NCBI RefSeq assembly: GCF_009914755.1
Contig: NC_060935.1
DNA length: 64,000 bases
Strand: one strand, 5' to 3'
Origin: the human T2T-CHM13v2.0 reference genome, Homo sapiens
The notes below the pieces were generated by a model, which saw nothing but the letters and a program-made list of their open reading frames with translations, did no database searches and was not told the DNA's origin. The first letter of the stretch is position 1. Each line of letters starts with the position of its first letter. Positions 53,558 to 64,000 of this stretch are shown piece by piece. A program made the translations under genes and the position numbers.

Positions 53558-53864
53558 AAAAATCAAATGCAAATTGTTATGCTTTCAAGCACTGCAGCCA
53601 CCTTGACTGAGGAAAAAACTACAGGAGGTAGTCTCCGCTGGAATAGAGGTTAAGGAAAGAGAAATTCAGGAAGAGAAAAACAAACAAACATGAGTTGCTA
53701 TCTCAAAACATTATGCTATTGTCATTGTCATTATCATTATACTCATCCTCCTCATTACAATTGTTAATACTGACTTGATCACTGGAGTCCCTGTTAACAC
53801 AATTCCAGAATCCTCAGTCCAGAGCAGGTATTTTAGAAATACTACCAATTCGTTACAGCACAAA

Positions 53865-54065
53865 TTGCACGATTTTGGAACTCAGATGTGAGATCAAGTC
53901 CCTACCCCAATACTCACTATTCTTGAATACTTATCCTTGGGTATCTAAGCTATGTGTGAGTTTCTTCATCTGTAAAATGGGGTTTATCAGTTTTGTGATA
54001 GAAAGAAAATCATGCATGTAAAGCACTTAACACAATATTAATGATTATTTAATAAAGGTTGAATA
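53865..54065 (+). mobile_element. MIR SINE
   Basis: 'gtttcttcatctgtaaaatgggg' and 'catgtaaagcacttaacaca'. Confidence 0.75.
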
Positions 54066-54199
54066 GCTTTTTGTTAGAAAGGAAAAAATTGCTCCCATTT
54101 TCCTGCAATCTTCTAATTTCTAAGAGTTCCCTCTGCAGGAAGGCTCTGGTTCCCGAAGCTGGAATGTCTTCTTCATCTGGTTATTTGTTGTTCATACTT

Positions 54200-55060
54200 C
54201 TTTAAAGCAGCTGCAGACAATGCCCTATTGCCTTATGTAGAATAATCTGCCTCTTGCTGGAAACCTTGGTTAGTATATGACACACACTCCAGGGTCAGTA
54301 ATTAATTATAAAAACAGCAAAACTCAGGAAACCCACTGGCAAGAGGTGCCCCAGCAAAACGGTAATTTGTACGCCACTGTTGGGGAAATGCGGACAGTAA
54401 GCCCAACAGACACTTCCTTTCCCTTTGGCTTAGAGCACTTGGCATTCACTTATGAGGCCGTTGGGTTCAATTAGACCTCTGCGTAACAAGCTGTCAGTCA
54501 CCATCAAGGCACCTCCCAGAGACATGTCAGAGCAGCCTCCTTCTGTCACTTCAATCTTGTTCTGGAAACCTGTGAGCAGGATTTCAAGGAGTTGACTTGG
54601 TGCATATTGCATAACCCTCTGCTTTCCTCCCTTTCTTCCCACCACTGTTTTTCCAGAGGCTTCTGCCATTGCAGGCTGGGCATGCAGGAGAGCTAAGCGG
54701 TGCCAGGATTACCAGTCCTGGGGGAGTGCCCATCTAGGTGAACCTTGACAGGGACAATGTTCTGGTAGGATGCAGCAGCAGCCTGATCAGAGTAAGCAGC
54801 CCCAGGCCATGGCTTTCCTAAGGATTTGTATTAACCCAGCAACTATGAAAAAAAGGAGTGGGCACTAATTGTGAAGAGCAAATAAAAGTCCTGACAAGTG
54901 TTTCATGGGCAATAGCCTAGCTGCTAAGAGATTGGCTGTACTCTCACCACTATTTAAAGCAGCTGCACTTACTTTTTTTCTCATCAGACACACCTGACAG
55001 ATGACATTTGCATGTATGGCACTCATTTGCAATTTCCCGAATTAGCTCAAACACCACTTC
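54200..55060. promoter_or_regulatory. Candidate enhancer (non-repetitive island with clustered motifs)
   Basis: CACCTG, TGACAG, CAGATG and ATTTGCAT overlap at 54991-55013. A C/EBP-like ATTGCATAA lies at 54606. Motif evidence only. Confidence 0.35.
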
Positions 55061-55599
55061 TTCTCCAACCACTCAAGAAAATGCATCTGAATGTAAATGA
55101 GGGAAAGAGAGGTTATTATAGAGATAACCTTGAATCTGCTTTCTTTAAAACAATGCAGGATATTCACAAACTTTCCCATTCTGGTTATTAGCTGTAACAA
55201 ATTATTTGGATCTACCTCACAGTAGATCAAGGCATACTATTGTGTCATGATGTGGTAGCTGAGAACTTGGTTGGGTTTTTAATGTTGCAAGGCAAGTAAA
55301 CAGGTTCTTCTTCTTTATCTCCAATTCGGTATACTGCTGCCAAGTGAGGATCATGCAGTGGGAATCATGCTGGGGATGCCTATGCCCCCAAGCTTATCAG
55401 ACACCACCATAACTCTGTGATAGGCAGAACTATTCTTCTATGGAAGTACCTATTCATTTGGACCCAAATACCTAATTTTGTATCCGATTTATTTAATTCC
55501 TTGTCTTTAAACAAATTGTTTACCTTGAACTTACGACACTCAGTTTTCTCATCTGGAGAAGAGAGATATGCTTAGTTCAGACTTGGTATGGATATTAAG

Positions 55600-55795
55600 T
55601 CATAATTGCTAACTATATGCCAGGCACTAGATTAAGAATTCTATGTGAATTATCTTACTGTTGTCTATATGTCTGTTTTCTTTATACAGATGAGGTAATG
55701 GAGGCTTAAAGGCTTTATAAAAATGTGTGTGAGCCTGGATCCAAACCCATGCAACCTTACCCTAGAGTGATATGCTGAGTGAATTTACTATACTA
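55600..55795 (-). mobile_element. MIR SINE
   Basis: 'actatatgccaggcactag' and 'ttatacagatgaggtaatggaggctta'. Confidence 0.7.
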
Positions 55796-57419
55796 TCTCT
55801 ATTTGTTTCAGTGAACAGTTGTTGGTTAGTCGCTAAAATTTAGCAGTAGTTTGTACTAATGGTAAGAGGATTTCAAGAAATAATTGAGCAAAAAAACTGG
55901 AGGTACTTCTTATAAAATCATGCATAAATGCACATAAATTATTATTGCATTTTATGTACTAATTAAGGAATTATAGAATTTCAGTATTGGAAAAATCTTT
56001 GGGAAACTTGTATTTCGGTGATTTAAAACTGGCACGTCAGTAAGGTTCACTTTTAGCTTTTAAAGAATGCTAAATTTTTAGAGTATTGTCTACCAAAATT
56101 GAACGCATTAAGTGGAACTCACTTATCTAATTTTTAAAAATTATTTGTGTATATATATATATTTATATACATTCATATAGTAACTCATAATGTCTAAGTT
56201 TTAACTAAGTACATATAAGTGTCTTTCAAGCTGATCAATAGGAGACCAAGGTTTTCTTTAATTCTTTTTCTTTAAGTCTCAACTTAAACAAATTGTTTCA
56301 AAAAGGTTTTGTCTGACTTTTAAGCTAGGTTTGTCCTCCTGTTATGCTGTATTTTATTTATTTTAACTCTTATCACCCATGACTCTTCTTTTTTTATCTA
56401 TTTGTACTCAGTGTTAGATGCAAGTGCCTTAAGAGTGGGGCTGTGTATAAATTGTATTCCAAGGAATCTATGTAATCCAATGGCATTTGTAAAAGCCAAA
56501 AGGACTTCCTTTTGGGAACATCTGTCCATTTCCTCCTTCTTTCTCACTTCATTTAAAAATATAGTAACAATAAGTTCTCCAAGATCAAGATGGAATAAAC
56601 AAAGGCATCATTGTACCTTCCATGGTTTGAAGACGTTATTCTCACCACCAAATTATTGTATATCCCACTCTTCTAAACTTGGATTTATCCAAGACTAGTT
56701 CAAACATCATCTCGTTTCTTACTCTCCCAGACAGACTTAGAATCTCTTCCTGGTCTCCACAACTCTTTAATGCCTCTTTCAAACCTAGGCCTGAGGGCTG
56801 CGGAAGTCATCATGCTTTTTGAACCATAGCAAACAGAGAGGGACGGATCACCTCTGTCTTTCTTTTTTATTTTTATTTTTTCCAATCTGCTTTCCCAGTC
56901 CATCAGTAACTCTTTTTGGAGGGCAAATGGGAGTTGCAATGTGGAATGCTGTGTAGAACTGGAGTTACGGCTTTTGAGAAGAGGAACTGAGAATCTATGT
57001 TTAACTTCTCTCTGTCTTCAATCTCAACTAAAAAGGTCGACATTGCTGCTACAACATAAGGTCTTACAGCCTCAGAAATACTAAGGTGGCTCAAAATCAC
57101 TGCATTCAGCTATCTTTTCTGGTAAGCTTATATGGAAAAACTCTTTCAGGAAAGGGGAAGAGAACTAGAAAAGCACTATAGCTATACATATACTTTTGAT
57201 CATAGAATGACTCACACACTCTTCAGGAATGGACTTCCTGACTGAAGGTGCAAAGCCAGGCGAAAGGTGCATGCAGTGGGAAGGGACAATTGAACTCTTG
57301 GGAAACATAGTATGTCATGGATTAAGCCCTTATTCTATGACAGATATGTGGATCGATAATACTTACACATGTCACAGTTCAGGGAAGTAGGAATTGTTGT
57401 TTCTTCTTTGACAGATGAG

Positions 57420-57660
57420 AAAATAATAACAACAATGATAGCAACAAAACAGTGAACATGTACTGAGCACTTTTTGAGACTCTTTTCTAACTGGGTCCTA
57501 TGTATTAAGTTTCCATACATGGACTAATTTACTTACCACAGTAACTAGTGAGATAGGTGCTATTGTTGCCTGAATTTTATAAATGAGGAAACCACAAGGT
57601 TAAACTACAAAGTCACACAATTGGTAAGAAGAACTGGAATTTGAACTCAATACTCCACTT
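57420..57660 (-). mobile_element. MIR SINE, with further MIR fragments on both sides
   Basis: 'aacatgtactgagcactt', 'ttttataaatgaggaaac' and 'caaagtcacacaattggtaagaagaactggaatttgaactca'. Confidence 0.75.
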
Positions 57661-57826
57661 GTAGAATCCATGTTTGGGAAACTGAGCCTCAGAGATGTTG
57701 TACAATATGCACAAAATTATCTTTCTTGTCTTGATTTCTGGGTCCAGAGTCTAGATATGTTTAACTATAGTCTTATTCATTTTGTTATTGGTGTTTGTTT
57801 TGTTGAGGAGACACTCGTCATCCTAG

Positions 57827-58618
57827 TGAAACAGAAAAGGTTCCCTTGTCCCCCTCACAGGGCATGTGATGGGGTGTCGCTCGCTTCTTCAGCACCCTGC
57901 TGCTCAAATCTCTAGGGGAGCATACAGACAGGCAAGGCTGTGGGGCTTCGATGCCATGGCAGTGTCTAGGGGTGCATGTTTACAACTGACGTCCCAGTGG
58001 GCAGGTGTTACAGGGTGCTCTTTTAGTTTGCCGTCTATAGGCAGCTTGTGTTAACCAGCTCAATTAGACACCCTTCCTTATTAGGAGGACAGAGGGATTT
58101 CTGTATTCCAGGGTTTCTTGCCTTGGTGTACCAGAAGAATCAGATCACACGTGGGCTTGGAGAATGAGTGCAAGGTTTTATTGAGTGGAAGTAGCTCTCA
58201 ACAGATGAGGCAGCCAGAAGGGAGATGGTTTTCCCCTGGAGTCCGGCCACCCAGCGGCCATTCCTCTTCAACTGCTCTGCCAAACTCTGCGTCGTTCAGC
58301 CAGCTGATGGCCTGCTGGCCTGCGGGTGCCTGTCGGCATGCTCTTCAGTTAATGTGTTCCTCATGACGTCCAGCCGCTTCTGTGTATGCCTGCTAGGGTC
58401 TCGGGTTTCTAAAGGCACAACATGGGGGCGTGGCAGGCCAGGGTGGTCTTGGAAAATGTAACATTTGGGCGGTAAGGCAGGAGTGCCTGTCCTCACCTAG
58501 GTCCATGGGGGTGCAGACCTAGCCCGGGACCAGACCCTCTCTACCCAGCATTCCCCTGTCCCCGCTTCTGTATCATTTAAAGGGACCACGCTCTTTCCTT
58601 CCCAGCACTCCCGTATCG
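57827..58618 (-). mobile_element. LTR1 (HUERS-P2) solo LTR
   Basis: The minus strand begins 'cgatacgggagtgctgggaaggaaagagcgtggtccctttaaatgatac'. Perfect 4-bp TSD CTAG at 57823-57826 and 58619-58622. AATAAA on the minus strand near 58180. Confidence 0.88.
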
Positions 58619-60199
58619 CTAGCTATTATTCGAAGAAAACATGTGCGGCCAGAAAGAGAAATGAAATTAAACAGTTTTAATTTATATTATTTAAGAGCAA
58701 AATTGGCCTGAACTGCCAGGATAACAAACTGAAGTTCACATTTTCCTTAGAACCCTCTATAACCTTAATTATGCGTTTCCTCTCACTCTTTGATCAAAGG
58801 CCATAATCAGGAACAAGCTAAAATGTAGTTGTCCCATGCTTCCCAGAGTTCTGTCTCAGCACACTCAAAGCCTCCATTTCTTCTGCGTTCAAGGAACCCA
58901 CGTTAAATAAAGTTTATTTTACATGCTGCCCATTCTCATTGCCTGCTGTTCCCAAGTAAGTTTCTTATGATAGAAATAAGCCCACTGGATTAACAGGAGA
59001 GCAGCTTCAGGGACCCTGACATTTCATCAAGGAATGACAATTTTTCGGTTTTGCTTTTGGAGTGCTATTTTCCCATAGACAAAAATAAACAGAAGAAAGA
59101 GGTGCTTTCCTGAAAGATGCCAGATGAGCACTTTCATTTCCAGCCCTTTGTTTAGACAAGACAAATCCGATTCAGCTTACTTTTGTTGAGTGACACTAAG
59201 TTGCCTTTTGGAAACTTTTGCAGTCTTAATTATCTGCAATCAAATAATGCCACCTTTTCAGAAACACTGGCCAGAGGACACACAAACGTGTGATCAACAC
59301 TCACATGGGGACCATTCAGATTCCTTTGTAGGAGTCCCTTGCCATTCTTCCTTAGAGGAAAATGCCTGAATACTCTGAATGCAAAAGATAGCTCAGAGTT
59401 TGCCATATTTCCTCTTATAATGGTGATTACATTCCACTTCGTTGTTGTGTTTACCTAAGCTTAAAAATGTGCTAAATGAATTAAAATCATCTGAGATACT
59501 TACCATCCAAATGACTTGGAGTCCTGTAAGTCAAATCCAATATGATTAATCAATTAATTATTAGTAAAGACTCTTTGTGGGTAGATGGGTTTTTAATTTT
59601 TTTTTCTCTAGCTTTCAAGGACATTAAGTAACTTACATCAGGTTCTAATTGAAATGTTAGCCAGTTGATCATACAGGTAAAACAGGTTAATTATCAGATA
59701 GTAGCTGAATAACTACCTAGCAATTGCCATCTTAGATTAGTTATAATTATTTTGGCCCTCTTCACCAAAACACAGATTGTCCTTGATAATTACTTACAGA
59801 TTCACTGAGCATTATTAAGAGGGTGACTGTTAAAGGTTGAAAACAAATGGTAATTATAGTCTAAAATCAAAAGAAATAAAATAAGGTCCACATAGCTCTC
59901 CTCAAATTTAGTGAGGTCTTTGCTTGGACATATTGCATTTTGTTATATTTTACATAGCATGTGGGAAAATACTGAAAGCCAATAGGACCTTGAGTTGATT
60001 ATTTACATTCAGTGGTTCCTCTGAGAAAGAATAAGGAGGAAAGAAAGAAAAGCAGAGAAGGACAGATGTAGGACAGAGTAGAAAAAAGGGGGGCAGGGAA
60101 GAAGAGAGATGATAAGTACTGATCGCAGGAAAGTTGGTAATATGGAATTCAAAGGATAGAAGAAAGTGTTATTAAAAAATAGTAAAAAAGACAAAATAG

Positions 60200-60631
60200 T
60201 CTAGTAGGCTGAATGTTCACATCCTAATCCCTGGAGCCTATGAATGTTGTCTTATGGCTGAAAAGGACTTTGCAGAAATGATTATGTTAAGGATCTTGAG
60301 ATGGGGAGAATATCCTTGAGTAACTGGGTGGACCCGAAATGCAATCCCATGTATCTTTATGAGTGAGAGGCAGATAGAGATTTGACACAGACAGAGGAGG
60401 GAGGGGTGTTGTAATCATGGAGGCAGAGATGAGAATAATGTATCCACAAGCCAAGGAAGGCCATCATTCTAGAGGCTCTGAGGAAGCACAGCCCTATCTA
60501 AGCTTTGATTTTGTCTTAGTGATATTAATTCTGGCCTTTTGGCCTGGGGAACTCTAAGGGAATGAATTTGCGGTGTTGTACACCATTAAGTATGTGGTAA
60601 TTTGTTACAGCCACCATGAAATGCTAACATA
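60200..60631 (+). mobile_element. MLT1B/C-like LTR
   Basis: 'cacatcctaatccctggagcctatgaatg', 'ttaaggatcttgagatggggaga' and 'tgtggtaatttgttacagc'. Confidence 0.85.
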
Positions 60632-60634
60632 GTC

Positions 60635-61090
60635 ATTTAGCCATTCACAATTTTAATTTATTGCCTATTTTTGCCAGGGGCTGCTCTGAACACCAGGAAA
60701 AGAGAGAGAAGGGGGCTAAGTGAGGAGAAAAATGAGCAAAACAACAATAAGATTATTTCAGATAGCAATAGGTTCTATGAAATATATGAACAGAGAAATC
60801 AGAAATAACACGAGAGGGGGGAAGGGGCATGAGGTTGGGTCAGTGAAGGCTTTCCTAAGAGGGGGTTATTTGAGCCAATTATGTGAGGATATAGTATTTA
60901 CTAACTTTTTTGAAATCATCACCACTTTTTAGTCTCAAAATAACCTTTGAAGATGAGAGTTATCCACATTGGAATAAGAAATAAGTCTTAGAGGACCAAA
61001 ATATCTGACCAAAGATTACAGTGTTGTGAGTGGTAAAACTGGGGTTCAAGTTCAGGTTGGTCTATGCTAAAACTTAAACTCTTTGCAGGT
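60635..61090 (-). mobile_element. L2 3' fragment followed by a MIR fragment
   Basis: L2: 'atttattgcctatttttgccagg' and 'tcagtgaaggctttcctaagaggg'. MIR: 'gtgagtggtaaaactggggttcaag'. Confidence 0.55.
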
Positions 61091-61439
61091 GAGGTGCAGA
61101 TAGAACAAACCATTGCACAGCATGGATTAAACTGCCACAGAAAGTTTTTTCAACTATTTCTAGTGAAGATATTGCGTTTTCTATTTAGACTGACATTATT
61201 TGACACATCATGTTGCCCAGGTCATAATGCATGAAGTGCTTGAGGTCATCAACAGCCATCAGTTTAGACAGGAGGCTTCAAGATTTTAAGAGCAAAACCT
61301 GCTCCTCCTGGATAAATGAGATTTCAATTTGACTTTTACCACCCCAAAGATTCACCTTCTTTCCCCTCAGTTTGACTCAGCTAAGAGAGTCAAAGAATCT
61401 CCCCTAAAAATCTCCCTGACATGTAAGTGAAACTATCAT

Positions 61440-61900
61440 ATGCAGATGAATGTGGCAGGCAGGTCAATGCCCTAGAGTGAACAGAGAAAAATGAGTTCTG
61501 CTGAAGGCCTGAGGAATCCTAATTTAATATTTACGGCCTTTGGCTTGATTGGGCTATGGCAAAAGAGAAGATTCTGCTCTGTTGTGTCAGTTTTCAGACC
61601 CCAGGGAATGACTGGCTGCCAGGCGAAGACCTGACTGACTTGTAACCAGCAGGCAACAGCCACAGCACAGCGCTCACACAGTGATTGTTAATGGTAGAGC
61701 CAAGCTGGCTACAGAGACTCCCGGGGGAAGCCTACAAGCCTGTCAGTGCTTGTCAGTGTCGCTGTGACAACTAAATGCTCAGGAAGGAGCTGCAGAAAAG
61801 AAGAGTAGCAGATAACAAGGCCACCTTGAGAAGTCCTATGCTTTGAGCACCTAGGAAATACCACAAAGGAAGCGGGATGATGTGCTTCGCATTCCCAGCA
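61440..61900. promoter_or_regulatory. Candidate enhancer (EBF, TALE, GATA and NR5A-like motifs)
   Basis: TCCCGGGGGA at 61719-61728, ACCCCAGGGA at 61598-61607, TGTCAGTG twice at 61741-61758, and AGATAA-CAAGGCCA at 61810-61823. Motif evidence only. Confidence 0.4.
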
Positions 61901-62035
61901 TTTCCCCTAAGAATATGTTTCTATACCGCATATGAAACATGTACACCTCCCAAAAAGTCCTGCCATAGTTATGGAAAGGTTTTAGAAAATGAGATTTTTA
62001 TTATAGACTATGTTCCTTTTAGAAAAGTAAAAACA

Positions 62036-62830
<795 letters not shown>

Positions 62831-62838
62831 GCATTTAA

Positions 62839-63235
<397 letters not shown>

Positions 63236-64000
63236 TAAAGCTTTCATTATAGACTCTGTAAAATAATTATACTTGATCATTTGTTTTTAAGCAATTTGTA
63301 AAAATACTAGGCCCTGATGATATGCTGGATAGCCTCCATGGTATTATTCTATTGTCTTTAAAATGGGAATAAAAAGTACTTGGTTGTGAGACTGGGGTTG
63401 TGGAGACTGGATGAGTAACATGGAGCAGAACTAGCACAGTGCCAGGTACATGTTCTCTGCTGAATTTATGTCAGTTCTCATTTTACAATAATTGTGATTA
63501 CTGAAGAATTGATGCCTAGCATGCATAGCTTAATCTCCATGAGATTTCTTTCTTTATTGTTGGTTTTTTTTTTTCTTTTCCCAAAGAAGTATATAAGTGC
63601 ACTAGCCATCAGTGAAACTACTGCCTTGTTAAAGATCTTCTTGCAACTGGACGTCAGTAAGGCAATATTTGGCAAAGCTTTAGCTATCTGGTCAATTTTC
63701 TCAGAGGGAAAAAGGAATGAGGCAGTCCATGGAGGACATTATTATGCAAGATTGTTAAACCTGCTCATCTTCTGACTTCTAGGAAGGAGCATGACAAGTC
63801 ACAGCTGAAGAAAAAGATGCGTAGGGAGCAGGTGCTTATTTTTGTAAATAATTCATGGACCATCCCACTGCACAGCAGCTAATTTGAGGTAGTTGGGAGA
63901 AGATTACTTTGGATTGTTTAAAAAATACAAAAACACTCTCTTTCAGTTGACTGAGTCTGACAAAATCTAGGTCATCCTGATATTCAGTTGAAAAAAGACA

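Noticed and set aside
63494-63775. 93-aa hydrophobic ORF as a membrane protein
   Set aside because: The hydrophobic stretch is just the translation of a poly-T tract, and the start is non-ATG.

Overview
This is simian primate genomic DNA, probably human or ape: it carries nine Alu elements (AluS and AluY) plus L1PA, MIR, L2 and MaLR repeats. It is AT-rich and looks intergenic or deep intronic. I find no intact protein-coding gene, tRNA, rRNA or CRISPR array. The supplied ORFs are retroelement remnants or chance frames in Alus and microsatellites. The main structures are as follows. (1) A degenerate class I endogenous retrovirus at about 12.7-19.3 kb (+). It has a MER66-type 5' LTR, a tRNA-Lys(CUU)-like primer binding site, a decayed gag, almost no pro/pol, and a decayed env resembling ERV-V env (ENVV1/ENVV2). 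It is truncated in TM and has no 3' LTR. (2) A nest of about 14 kb (19.4-33.3 kb) of five minus-strand L1s of different ages, including a full-length L1PA8-like element with TSD. (3) Solo LTRs with clean TSDs (MLT2, a MER4-group LTR, LTR1) and several MLT1 elements. (4) Repeat-free islands at about 54.2-55.1, 59.5-59.9 and 61.4-61.9 kb with clustered transcription-factor motifs (candidate enhancers), and a few candidate + strand non-coding exons. Subfamily names come from my recall of consensus sequences and need RepeatMasker/Dfam confirmation. Boundaries of old repeats are approximate.
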